Shown here piece by piece: positions 27,005 through 38,826 of a DNA stretch of 64,000 nucleotides. Numbering within the stretch: the stretch's first letter is position 1; every line of letters starts with the position of its first letter. The position numbers and the translations under genes are program-made. The stretch lies in assembly GCF_056746865.1 (NCBI RefSeq), contig NZ_CM163382.1; one strand, 5' to 3'. The notes beneath the pieces were generated by a model, which saw only the letters and a list, made by a program, of their open reading frames with translations, had not been told where the DNA came from and made no database searches.

Positions 27005-28132
27005 ATGGAATCGCTCTCAGAGAGAACCACAGCAGGCTACCAGCAAATCCACGACGGCATTATTCATCTGGTCGATAGCGCCCGAACGGAAACGGTACGT
27101 AGCGTTAACGCGTTAATGACCGCGACGTACTGGGAAATTGGCCGACGAATTGTCGAATTTGAACAAGGCGGTGAGGCCAGGGCTGCGTATGGTGCGCAGC
27201 TAATCAAGCGACTATCAAAGGATTTAAGTCTAAGGTATAAGCGTGGGTTCTCTGCAAAAAACTTACGCCAAATGAGGCTTTTTTACCTCTTTTTTCAACA
27301 TGTTGAAATTCGCCAGACAGTGTCTGGCGAATTAACACCATTGGGAATGCCGCAGACACCGTCTGCAGAATTCCCATCGGCAAAGATTTGGCAGACGCTG
27401 TCTGCCAAATCTTTCCCCCTGCCCTGGTCCACCTACGTCCGTCTACTTTCCGTTAAAAACGCTGACGCCCGCAGCTTTTATGAAAAAGAGACGCTCCGCT
27501 GTGGTTGGTCTGTCCGCCAGCTAGAGCGGCAAATTGCGACCCAATTTTATGAGCGAACACTACTGTCACATGATAAATCAGCCATGCTGCAACAACACGC
27601 TCCTGCCGAGATGCATATTCTTCCGCAGCAGGCGATACGCGATCCCTTTGTGCTCGAATTTCTGGAATTGAAAGATGAATACTCAGAATCCGATTTTGAG
27701 GAGGCGCTGATCAACCACCTGATGGATTTCATGCTGGAACTTGGGGATGATTTTGCCTTTGTTGGTCGGCAGCGAAGGTTACGCATTGATGACAACTGGT
27801 TTCGGGTCGATCTGCTGTTTTTCCACCGCCGTTTACGCTGCCTGCTAATCGTCGATCTAAAAGTGGGCAAATTTAGCTATAGCGATGCCGGACAGATGAA
27901 TATGTATCTCAACTACGCCAAAGAGCACTGGACGCTACCGGATGAAAATCCGCCCATCGGTCTGATTCTCTGTGCAGAGAAAGGAGTCGGAGAAGCGCAT
28001 TATGCACTGGCTGGTTTGCCTAACACCGTTCTGGCGAGTGAATATAAGATGCAACTACCTGATGAAAAACGACTCGCGGATGAACTCGTTCGAACACAGG
28101 CGGTGCTAGAGGAAGGCTATAGACGCCGATAA
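27005..28132 (+). CDS. yhcG: DUF1016-family protein with C-terminal PDDEXK-like nuclease fold
   Basis: 375-aa ORF MESLSERTTAGYQQIHDGIIHLVD…; length and sequence match YhcG as I recall it; contains the internal tandem palindromic repeat. Confidence 0.8.
   Translation: MESLSERTTAGYQQIHDGIIHLVDSARTETVRSVNALMTATYWEIGRRIVEFEQGGEARAAYGAQLIKRLSKDLSLRYKRGFSAKNLRQMRLFYLFFQHVEIRQTVSGELTPLGMPQTPSAEFPSAKIWQTLSAKSFPLPWSTYVRLLSVKNADARSFYEKETLRCGWSVRQLERQIATQFYERTLLSHDKSAMLQQHAPAEMHILPQQAIRDPFVLEFLELKDEYSESDFEEALINHLMDFMLELGDDFAFVGRQRRLRIDDNWFRVDLLFFHRRLRCLLIVDLKVGKFSYSDAGQMNMYLNYAKEHWTLPDENPPIGLILCAEKGVGEAHYALAGLPNTVLASEYKMQLPDEKRLADELVRTQAVLEEGYRRR
27307..27411. repeat. three diverged 39-bp tandem units, each with a ~25-27-bp palindrome (GCAGAC…GTCTGC core), in-frame within yhcG
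   Basis: Seen directly: AATTCGCCAGACAGTGTCTGGCGAATT (27307-27333), CGCAGACACCGTCTGCAGAATTC (27351-27373), GATTTGGCAGACGCTGTCTGCCAAATC (27385-27411); centres ~39 bp apart. Confidence 0.85.
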
Positions 28133-28146
28133 TTTCAGCAATTTCG

Positions 28147-28173
28147 AATTCTGCAGACAGTGTCTGCAGAATC
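28147..28173. repeat. fourth copy of the yhcG-type palindrome, 15 bp downstream of the yhcG stop
   Basis: AATTCTGCAGACAGTGTCTGCAGAATC, near-perfect palindrome sharing the GCAGACAGTGTCTGC core. Confidence 0.8.
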
Positions 28174-28191
28174 TTTAAAACGAACTAAGTT

Positions 28192-29524
<1,333 letters not shown>

Positions 29525-29528
<4 letters not shown>

Positions 29529-30214
29529 AGCACCGCCTTTTTCATCGCTGTGTTGTACCACTGACAAATGTGTTCAAGACGCGTAATGGCAGAACCGACC
29601 GTCACCGCCCACGCGCCGTGGCGCATCGCATCTGCCGCCTGAGCAGGCGTGTTGTAACGCCCTTCGGCAATCACCCGACATCCGGCGTCGCTCAACGTTT
29701 TCACCAGCGCCAGATCCGGCTCTTCTGGCGTTTCAGGCGTGGTATAGCCAGAAAGCGTAGTGCCAATAATTTCGGCTCCCAGCTTTTGGCATGCCAGGCC
29801 GTCTTCCGGCGTTGAGCAGTCGGTCATCGCCAGTAAACCGTGATGGTGAATACGTGCCAGCAACGTTTCAACAGGCACCGGACGCGGGCGGTCGGTGCCG
29901 TCAATGGCGATAATGTCCGCGCCCGCCTGCGCCAGCGCATCAACATCTTCAATATAGGCCGTGATGCGTACCGGAGAATCCTCCAGATCGCGTTTCACAA
30001 TCCCGATAATTGGCACGCTCACCACCGCACGCGTGGCTTGCAGATTTGCCACACCTTCAATGCGAATGGCAACCGCGCCCGCCTGCTCTGCCGCTAATGC
30101 CATGGCGGCGACGATTTCGGGTTTATCGAGCGGGCTGTCCGGAACCGGCTGGCAGGAGACAATCAGGCCACCGTTAGCAGCGATTTTTTGATCCAGTTGT
30201 GCAAGTAACGACAT
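29525..30214 (-). CDS. nanE: N-acetylmannosamine-6-phosphate 2-epimerase
   Basis: Start at internal Met [23 protein letters not shown] (229 aa). Confidence 0.9.
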
Positions 30215-30261
30215 ACATCTTCCCTTAGCGAAAGGCCCGGTACAGAGACCGGGCAACAGGA

Positions 30262-31752
30262 TTAACTTTTGGTTTTGACTAAATCGTTTTTGGCGCGGCC
30301 AAATGGCACGGCACCGCTAAATGGTTTGCCGTCGATAGCGTCATGAGTACGCAATGCTTCCGGGCGCAACCAACGCTGAACGCGGGAAGGCATATCCAGA
30401 CCAATCAGCAGGATCACCACAAATGTCAGACTGAACGAGAGCGATGCCAGCGCAGTACCCAGATCCAGACGTTGAGCGATCAACGCGCCGATGATTGGGG
30501 CCAGTGCACCGCCCAATGCGCCGACGTTGTAGGTAAAGCCCAGGCCCGCTGCACGCTGGTCGGTATCGAAATAACCGCCAATCAGTTTCGGTAAGATCCC
30601 GGCGATCCCTTGTCCAAGCATTTGCTGGAAGAACAGTAACAGACCGAGCACCCAGACGTTTGCGCCGCCAATCGCAAATACCGGAATAATCAGCAGCTGC
30701 GAGGCCAGCAGGCTACAAACGTACGCTTTGCGGGTTCCCAGCCAGTCACCGAGGAAGCCACCTACGCAGCATCCCACCGCCGCGCCAAAGCCACTAAAGA
30801 ACAGCACATTGGCGACAGTATGCGGGTTATAAGCCAGATCGGTTTTCAGATACGTTGGCAGCAGCGCCTGAATCGGCCATGAGTAGAGGAAAGCAAACAA
30901 CACGACCACCATCAGCATTACGCCCGTTGGCCAGCGTTTGCCCGTACTTTGCACCATAAAGCTGATAAAGATTGCGGCGCATAACAGCCCAAGAACAGCG
31001 ACGATCGCGGCATTTTGCAGGTTACCGGCGAAGCAAAACCACAGCGCAGTAGCCGCCGCCAGTGTCATTACGATATTGGCAATGCGATGTTCACCACGGT
31101 AGAGAATATCTACCATCGTGCGTACTGGTGCTTTACCAGCATGTTTCTCTTTCCAGTCTTCCGCTTCCGGGATGTTTTTACGCAGCCAGAGAGCAAAGAT
31201 GATTGGCAAAATGCCGATAAAGAACAGCGCACGCCAGCCCCAGACCGGAACCACCAGGCTATAGACCTGAGCGGCAACGACGGCCCCCACAGAGAAGCCG
31301 GAAATCAGAAAACCACTGGCTTTATTACGCAGATGTTTTGGCCAGCTTTCAATGACATAGGTGGCGCTGGAACCGTATTCACCCGCCATCCCCATGCCGA
31401 TGACCAGACGAGCGATAAACATGGTGATGTAGCCTGGCGCAAAGCCGCAGGCCAGCGTCCCGGCCGAGAAGAGAACGATGCTGGTGACCATTGCCAGACG
31501 ACGCCCGTAGCGGTCACCCATAGCGCCGAGCATCAGGCCGCCGAACCAGCGAGAGATAAAGGCTGCGGAGATCAGACTTGCCGCCTGCACCGTCGTCAGC
31601 CCGAATTCACCTTGTACTTCGGTGAGTACCAGGGCGATTAAAACGAAATCAAAACCGTCAAGCAGATATCCCAACCAGGCAGCGGAAAATGCCCGCCATT
31701 GTGCACGATTGAGATGGCGATACCACGGGATATTCTGGGTTGTAGTACTCAT
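30262..31752 (-). CDS. nanT: sialic acid MFS transporter
   Basis: Start at internal Met [15 protein letters not shown] (496 aa); polytopic MFS. Confidence 0.9.
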
Positions 31753-31823
31753 TGTGAGTCTCCCGCGGTGGGCGATGCCCACACGCTTTGGTATGAAAAT
31801 TGTAGGGTACAGATGCGTTTATT

Positions 31824-31854
31824 TCCCCTCACCCGGTAGGGGCGAGCGAGGGGA
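31824..31854. repeat. GC-rich intergenic palindromic element (CCCCTCACCC…GGGGCGAGCGAGGGGA type) between nanT and nanA
   Basis: TCCCCTCACCCGGTAGGGGCGAGCGAGGGGA. Confidence 0.4.
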
Positions 31855-31860
31855 AACAAC

Positions 31861-32754
31861 TCACCCGCGCTCTTGCATCAACTGCTGGGCCAGCGCCTTC
31901 AGTTCTGGCAGATATTTTTCATCTACCGGTCCAAACGGTTTGCGGCACAGCGGCACAGAAACGACATCCATATAATGCAGGACCGTTTTCAGGCCGCGGA
32001 ATACGCCCGTTTTGATCAGTAAATCAATGACTTTATTACATTCGGTTTGCAGCTTCTGCGCGGTCTGGATATCGCCTTCTTTCAGCGCCTTCACAATCCC
32101 CTGATAACGCCAGCCCATGATGTTGTAGGTACTACCGATACCACCATCAGCGCCCGCCAGAAGACCAGAGGCGAAGATTTCGTCGTAACCGTTATAGAGC
32201 ACCAGATCAGGATGTTCACGACGGATCTGTTCCATCTGATAGAGATCGCCAGAGGTCTGTTTCAGCGCGCCGACACCAGGCAGCGTAACCAGGGTGTTGA
32301 TCTGATCCAGGGTTAGTTTTACCCCGCTCAGGGCAGGAATGTTGTACACCACCATCGGCAAACCATCCGCCGAATCAATAATTGCCCGATAGTGATCGCA
32401 GTGTTCTTCAAAGCTGAAAGGATAGTAGAACGGCGTGACGGCGGAGACGGCATCGAAGCCATAACGTTTAGCCGATGCCGCAAGTTGTTGGCTTTCAGCA
32501 GTGCTGACGCAACCGACGTGAGCGATGAGTTTAATCTTGCCTTTCGCCTCTTCGGCGACGATTTCCAGTACCTGTTCACGCTCGGAAAGGCTTTGTACAA
32601 AGGCTTCGCCGGTAGAACCACCCACGTATAAACCGTCGATGCCCTGCTGAATATTGAACTGAACCAGGCGACGCAGACTCGCTTTATCCAGTGCTTGTTG
32701 TTGATCAAAAGGAGTCAGGAGTGCGGCCATTACGCCACGTAAATTCGTTGCCAT
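31861..32754 (-). CDS. nanA: N-acetylneuraminate lyase
   Basis: Start at internal Met [16 protein letters not shown] (297 aa); DHDPS/NAL fold. Confidence 0.9.
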
Positions 32755-32790
32755 AAATACCTCTGAAGTGATGCTTGTCTGATAAAACGA

Positions 32791-32813
32791 TATACCTTTA
32801 TACCTGTTATACC
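32791..32813 (-). promoter_or_regulatory. NanR operator (three GGTATA repeats) in the nanA promoter/leader
   Basis: Minus-strand sequence GGTATAACAGGTATAAAGGTATA, 37 bp upstream of the nanA ATG. Confidence 0.75.
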
Positions 32814-32876
32814 AGATCAATTAAGCAACACCCCATACAGAAAGCTTATAATGCGATCTGCTTCACTAAAGTGGCA

Positions 32877-33668
32877 TTATTTCTTTTTGTTGGTGCTCTG
32901 ACCGAAGGCATGCCAGGTAGCAGAGACGCTGTTGAGATGCGATTGCAACGCGCGATCGGCTTCATCGGGATCATGGCGGCGGATCGCGTCAACGATCGCA
33001 ATATGCTGTTGATAGCTAACGTTGTTATGCTCGTGCAGAGCCTGATCAGCCACGGTTGGACGTGCGGCGATCAGCCAGTCGAGCAAGGCAACGTGGATCG
33101 CCATGAAGATTGGGTTACCGGGGATCTCCGCCAGCACGCGGTGGAAATCAACGTCTGAACGAATGAATGCCGCGTTGTTATCCAGCGACTGACTGTTGAT
33201 TTCCAGTGCTTTTGCCAGCAAATCGATTTGCTCATCGGTGGCGTGTTCAGCCGCATAGCGCACCAGGCTGGATTCAAAGAACAGACGTAATTGTTCGAAA
33301 TGGGCAATCCCACCAGGATGAGAAAGGAAATCTTTCGCCATGCCGGAAAGCTCGCCGATGATGGTGTCCGCAGAAGGACGTGAGACGCGAGCGCGTTCGC
33401 CGTTGTTTATTTGCACCAGACCTTTACGTTTTAACGCTGCCAGCGCTTCACGCACCGAAGGACGCCCGACATTAAAGAACGCCATCAGTTCGCGTTCAGA
33501 CGGTAATTGTTCACCTTCGCCAAATTCACGACGGCGGATCATCTGTTCCAGCTCTTCTTCCACCATTTCGGAGAGTTTTTTACGCGCCAGCGGGCGGCTA
33601 CGCAAGTTGCGACCAATTGCAGGTGAAGAATCTTCGGTTTGCGAATCAAATGCGTTCATAAGGCCCAT
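32877..33668 (-). CDS. nanR: GntR/FadR-family repressor of sialic acid catabolism
   Basis: 263-aa ORF with N-terminal HTH (GntR) and FCD domain, upstream of nanA. Confidence 0.9.
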
Positions 33669-33774
33669 TCTGTAAGGTCAGTGTGATTAACATCATCAGT
33701 GACATCCTATCACAGGATTGAAAGTAGGGGAAAATGGCAGGGTTTTCTCTTTGTGCCTCATCATTACCATAATT

Positions 33775-33783
33775 AACGGAATA
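33775..33783. repeat. IS1 target-site duplication, left copy (AACGGAATA)
   Basis: Identical 9-mer directly flanks both IS1 termini. Confidence 0.85.
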
Positions 33784-33798
33784 GGTAATGACTCCAAC

Positions 33799-34302
33799 TT
33801 ATTGATAGTGTTTTATGTTCAGATAATGCCCGATGACTTTGTCATGCAGCTCCACCGATTTTGAGAACGACAGCGACTTCCGTCCCAGCCGTGCCAGGTG
33901 CTGCCTCAGATTCAGGTTATGCCGCTCAATTCGCTGCGTATATCGCTTGCTGATTACGTGCAGCTTTCCCTTCAGGCGGGATTCATACAGCGGCCAGCCA
34001 TCCGTCATCCATATCACCACGTCAAAGGGTGACAGCAGGCTCATAAGACGCCCCAGCGTCGCCATAGTGCGTTCACCGAATACGTGCGCAACAACCGTCT
34101 TCCGGAGCCTGTCATACGCGTAAAACAGCCAGCGCTGGCGCGATTTAGCCCCGACGTATCCCCACTGTTCGTCCATTTCCGCGCAGACGATGACGTCACT
34201 GCCCGGCTGTATGCGCGAGGTTACCGACTGCGGCCTGAGTTTTTTAAATGGCGGAAAATCGTGTTGAGGCCAACGCCCATAATGCGGGCGGTTGCCCGGC
34301 AT
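33799..34302 (-). CDS. insB: IS1 transposase InsB reading frame (expressed as InsAB' by -1 frameshift)
   Basis: 167-aa [28 protein letters not shown]… overlapping insA 3' end in the -1 frame. Confidence 0.85.
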   Translation of the reverse strand: MPGNRPHYGRWPQHDFPPFKKLRPQSVTSRIQPGSDVIVCAEMDEQWGYVGAKSRQRWLFYAYDRLRKTVVAHVFGERTMATLGRLMSLLSPFDVVIWMTDGWPLYESRLKGKLHVISKRYTQRIERHNLNLRQHLARLGRKSLSFSKSVELHDKVIGHYLNIKHYQ

Positions 34303-34496
34303 CCAACGCCATTCATGGCCATATCAATGATTTTCTGGTGCGTACCGGGTTGAGAAGCGGTGTAAGTGAACTGCAGTTGCCATGTTTTACGGCAGTGAGA
34401 GCAGAGATAGCGCTGATGTCCGGCAGTGCTTTTGCCGTTACGCACCACCCCGTCAGTAGCTGAACAGGAGGGACAGCTGATAGAAACAGAAGCCAC
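34221..34496 (-). CDS. insA: IS1 InsA transcriptional repressor / transposase N-terminal part
   Basis: 91-aa [46 protein letters not shown]… (zinc finger + HTH). Confidence 0.9.
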   Translation of the reverse strand: MASVSISCPSCSATDGVVRNGKSTAGHQRYLCSHCRKTWQLQFTYTASQPGTHQKIIDMAMNGVGCRATARIMGVGLNTIFRHLKNSGRSR

Positions 34497-34551
34497 TGGA
34501 GCACCTCAAAAACACCATCATACACTAAATCAGTAAGTTGGCAGCATCACC

Positions 34552-34560
34552 AACGGAATA
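34552..34560. repeat. IS1 target-site duplication, right copy (AACGGAATA)
   Basis: Identical 9-mer to 33775-33783. Confidence 0.85.
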
Positions 34561-34824
34561 ATTAACTATTGCGAAAAATTAATGTAACGCAGATAAAAAC
34601 ATCCCGATTGAATTATTTATAAGACTATTCACGAGCATTATGAATATTATGAATGTGTTCTTACAAAATAATCATAAGCGCATATTTTTTAATGAAAAAT
34701 CACCTCACCTACAATTAAAAACACGACATCCGCACCATAAATAACCTTGCAAAAAATATAACATCATTGTTTTCAATCTGCCGTTTATGGGATTGACCGT
34801 TTTCTTTTGACACGGAGTTCAACA

Positions 34825-36192
34825 ATGTTCGGCATAATTATATCTGTCATCGTATTAATTACGATGGGCTATTTGATCCTGAAAAACTACAAACCTCAGG
34901 TGGTGCTGGCTGCCGCAGGTATCTTCCTGATGATGTGCGGTGTCTGGTTAGGGTTCGGTGGTGTGCTCGATCCCGCCAAAAGCAGCGGCTACTTGATCGT
35001 CGATATTTATAATGAAATCCTGCGCATGCTGTCCAACCGCATTGCTGGATTGGGGCTGTCGATTATGGCAGTGGGCGGTTATGCCCGCTATATGGAGCGC
35101 ATAGGGGCAAGTCGCGCGATGGTGAGCTTGTTAAGCCGCCCGTTAAAACTCATTCGCTCGCCGTATATTATTCTGTCGGCAACTTACGTCATCGGCCAAA
35201 TCATGGCGCAGTTTATTACCAGCGCCTCCGGTCTGGGTATGTTGCTGATGGTCACCTTATTTCCGACGCTGGTGAGTCTGGGAGTAAGTCGTCTCTCTGC
35301 GGTGGCGGTTATCGCAACCACCATGTCCATTGAGTGGGGGATTCTGGAAACGAACTCCATTTTTGCTGCCCAGGTCGCAGGAATGAAAATTGCCACTTAC
35401 TTCTTCCACTACCAGCTTCCGGTCGCCTCTTGCGTCATTATCTCGGTGGCGATCTCCCACTTTTTCGTGCAACGCGCTTTCGACAAAAAAGATAAAAATA
35501 TCAATCACGAACAGGCAGAGCAAAAAGCTCTCGATAATGTCCCGCCGCTCTATTACGCCATTTTACCGGTGATGCCGTTAATCCTGATGCTCGGCTCGCT
35601 GTTCCTTGCCCACGTCGGGCTGATGCAGTCAGAACTGCATCTGGTGGTGGTGATGTTACTGAGTTTGACGGTGACGATGTTTGTTGAGTTCTTCCGCAAG
35701 CATAACTTGCGCGAAACAATGGATGATGTGCAGGCGTTTTTTGACGGCATGGGTACGCAGTTTGCCAACGTGGTAACGCTGGTGGTCGCGGGTGAAATAT
35801 TTGCGAAAGGCTTAACGACGATTGGCACTGTCGATGCGGTTATCAGGGGTGCGGAGCATTCTGGTCTGGGCGGTATTGGCGTGATGATTATTATGGCGCT
35901 GGTCATTGCCATTTGTGCCATTGTGATGGGCTCAGGCAATGCGCCGTTTATGTCATTTGCCAGTCTTATTCCGAATATCGCAGCCGGACTACATGTGCCA
36001 GCGGTTGTAATGATTATGCCGATGCATTTTGCCACGACGCTAGCGCGCGCTGTTTCGCCGATTACTGCGGTGGTGGTCGTTACGTCAGGAATTGCAGGCG
36101 TTTCGCCTTTTGCGGTAGTGAAGCGGACAGCGATCCCCATGGCAGTCGGTTTCGTGGTGAATATGATTGCCACAATCACGCTATTTTATTAA
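34825..36192 (+). CDS. dcuD: DcuC-family C4-dicarboxylate transporter
   Basis: Start at ATG 34825 ([11 protein letters not shown]…, 455 aa) preceded by GGAG; the ORF-track start at 34807 is a TTG. Confidence 0.88.
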   Translation: MFGIIISVIVLITMGYLILKNYKPQVVLAAAGIFLMMCGVWLGFGGVLDPAKSSGYLIVDIYNEILRMLSNRIAGLGLSIMAVGGYARYMERIGASRAMVSLLSRPLKLIRSPYIILSATYVIGQIMAQFITSASGLGMLLMVTLFPTLVSLGVSRLSAVAVIATTMSIEWGILETNSIFAAQVAGMKIATYFFHYQLPVASCVIISVAISHFFVQRAFDKKDKNINHEQAEQKALDNVPPLYYAILPVMPLILMLGSLFLAHVGLMQSELHLVVVMLLSLTVTMFVEFFRKHNLRETMDDVQAFFDGMGTQFANVVTLVVAGEIFAKGLTTIGTVDAVIRGAEHSGLGGIGVMIIMALVIAICAIVMGSGNAPFMSFASLIPNIAAGLHVPAVVMIMPMHFATTLARAVSPITAVVVVTSGIAGVSPFAVVKRTAIPMAVGFVVNMIATITLFY

Positions 36193-36206
36193 GTCATTAA
36201 AAAGAC

Positions 36207-36231
36207 AAAACAGGCCGCCAGGGCCTGTTTT
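36207..36231. terminator. bidirectional intrinsic terminator between dcuD (+) and sspB (-)
   Basis: AAAACAGGCCGCCAGGGCCTGTTTT: GC stem flanked by A- and T-runs. Confidence 0.7.
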
Positions 36232-36235
36232 AGTA

Positions 36236-36733
36236 TTACTTCACAACGCGTAATGCTGGTCGACCACCACGTGGTGGCTGCGGTGGTTCATCGTCAGGAT
36301 GAGTGTCATCATCGTGATCTGGCTTGTCGCCATCAATAACCGACATAACGGTTTCGTTGTCTGCCGATGCCTCTTCATCATTCATGATGCTGGCATCTTC
36401 ATCGTAGGCAGCTTCAGGTTCAAACATCGTGCCTGCGCCATTTTCACGGGCGTAGATAGCCAGCACGGCAGCCAGCGGCACAGAAACCTGACGCGGAATG
36501 CCACCAAAGCGCGCGTTAAAGCGCACCTCATCATTCGCCAGTTCCAGATTGCCGACAGCACGCGGCGCAATGTTGAGTACGATTTGCCCGTCACGCGCAT
36601 ATTCCATAGGAACCTGCACGCCAGGGAGCGTCACATCCACCACCAGGTGCGGCGTGAGCTGGTTATCCAGCAACCACTCATAGAATGCACGCAGCAGATA
36701 GGGACGACGTGGTGTTAGCTGTGACAAATCCAT
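36236..36733 (-). CDS. sspB: ClpXP specificity-enhancing adaptor
   Basis: 165-aa ORF MDLSQLTPRRPYLLRAFYEWLLDNQLTPHLVVD…. Confidence 0.9.
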   Translation of the reverse strand: MDLSQLTPRRPYLLRAFYEWLLDNQLTPHLVVDVTLPGVQVPMEYARDGQIVLNIAPRAVGNLELANDEVRFNARFGGIPRQVSVPLAAVLAIYARENGAGTMFEPEAAYDEDASIMNDEEASADNETVMSVIDGDKPDHDDDTHPDDEPPQPPRGGRPALRVVK

Positions 36734-36738
36734 ACAGA

Positions 36739-37377
36739 TTAACTCCGGCCCAGACGCATTTCACGTTCAGCTTCAGTTAAAGAAGCAAGGAAAGAGTCAC
36801 GCTCAAAGACGCGGGTCATATAGCCTTTCAGCTCTTTCGCACCCGGGCCGCTGAACTCGATACCCAGTTGCGGCAGACGCCACAGCAGCGGAGCAAGGTA
36901 GCAATCGACCAGGCTGAACTCATCGCTCAGGAAGTACGGCTTCTGACCGAAGACCGGCGCAATCGCCAGCAGTTCTTCGCGCAGTTGCTTACGTGCGGCA
37001 TCTGCTTCAGAAGCTGAACCGTTGATGATGGTGTTCATCAGCGTGTACCAGTCTTTTTCGATGCGATGCATGTACAGACGGCTTTCACCGCGAGCTACCG
37101 GGTAAACAGGCATCAGTGGCGGATGCGGGAAACGCTCATCCAGATATTCCATAATGATGCGAGATTCCCACAGGGTCAGCTCACGATCCACCAGGGTCGG
37201 AACGCTCTGATTCGGGTTGAGGTCAATCAGATCCTGAGGCGGATTGTCCTTTTCCACGTGTTCGATCTCGAAACTTACACCTTTCTCAGCCAGCACAATG
37301 CGGACCTGATGGCTATAGATGTCAGTAGGACCGGAAAACAGCGTCATTACCGAACGTTTGTTGGCAGCGACAGCCAT
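36739..37377 (-). CDS. sspA: stringent starvation protein A (GST-like)
   Basis: 212-aa ORF MAVAANKRSVMTLFSGPTDIYSHQVRIVLAEKGV…. Confidence 0.95.
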   Translation of the reverse strand: MAVAANKRSVMTLFSGPTDIYSHQVRIVLAEKGVSFEIEHVEKDNPPQDLIDLNPNQSVPTLVDRELTLWESRIIMEYLDERFPHPPLMPVYPVARGESRLYMHRIEKDWYTLMNTIINGSASEADAARKQLREELLAIAPVFGQKPYFLSDEFSLVDCYLAPLLWRLPQLGIEFSGPGAKELKGYMTRVFERDSFLASLTEAEREMRLGRS

Positions 37378-37712
37378 GAAAACCTCCAGGTATAGTCAGA
37401 ATTTTTACTGCTACCAGCCACCAGGTGGCCAGTCAGAAGTTGTGTTACCCAGTAAGGAACGACTCTCTTTGTTCGAAAATCAAACAAAAAATGAGCAATA
37501 CCCGACATTTGGGCAGAAAATTGGATGATAGTTTACCAGATTTTGCGACCTTTGTGGTGAGTCGATGCCGGAAATGGGGAAAAAGAGATGCGCTTTAGTC
37601 TGAAATAGTTGACTTAGTCCCTTATTGGCGATGTGGTTTTTGTTTTGCCTGTCTGTCAGACGGCAGCAAAAAGCAACTTTCCATTTTTTACGCTGATTCA
37701 GAATTTAGCCAT

Positions 37713-37739
37713 AAAAAAACCCGCCGAAGCGGGTTTTTT
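37713..37739 (-). terminator. intrinsic terminator downstream of rpsI
   Basis: AAAAAAACCCGCCGAAGCGGGTTTTTT: GC hairpin with flanking A/T runs. Confidence 0.8.
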
Positions 37740-37771
37740 CGCAAATTGTTTTCTGCCGGAGCAGAAGCCAA

Positions 37772-38167
<396 letters not shown>

Positions 38168-38179
38168 CTATAATCCCGA

Positions 38180-38695
<516 letters not shown>

Positions 38696-38826
38696 CTACC
38701 CCTTCGAATAGCCTATGCCAGCACACAAAAAGTTTTGGGAAAAAAACTTTCTTGTAACGTGGGGTCGCAGGATTATAGAGAAGTCGGGGTCAAAGATCGA
38801 CCCCTTTTTGTGATTTGTGGCAGGTT

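Larger units (their letters stand above)
33784..34551 (-). mobile_element. IS1 insertion sequence, complete (768 bp)
   Basis: Terminal inverted repeats GGTAATGACTCCAACTTATTGAT (33784-) and ATCAGTAAGTTGGCAGCATCACC (-34551); internal insA/insB ORFs. Confidence 0.92.

Noticed and set aside
31015-31641. 208-aa plus-strand ORF inside nanT
   Set aside because: Antisense to the nanT transporter gene; no independent start context or motifs.
35553-36179. 208-aa minus-strand ORF inside dcuD
   Set aside because: Antisense to dcuD; low-complexity Thr/Ala/Ile-rich translation.
37645-37665. Imperfect palindrome GCCTGTCTGTCAGACGGCAG in the rpsI–sspA intergenic region, with a GTCTG/CAGAC core reminiscent of the yhcG palindromes
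   Set aside because: The core is in the opposite arrangement and the flanks are unrelated; similarity is too short to claim it is the same element.
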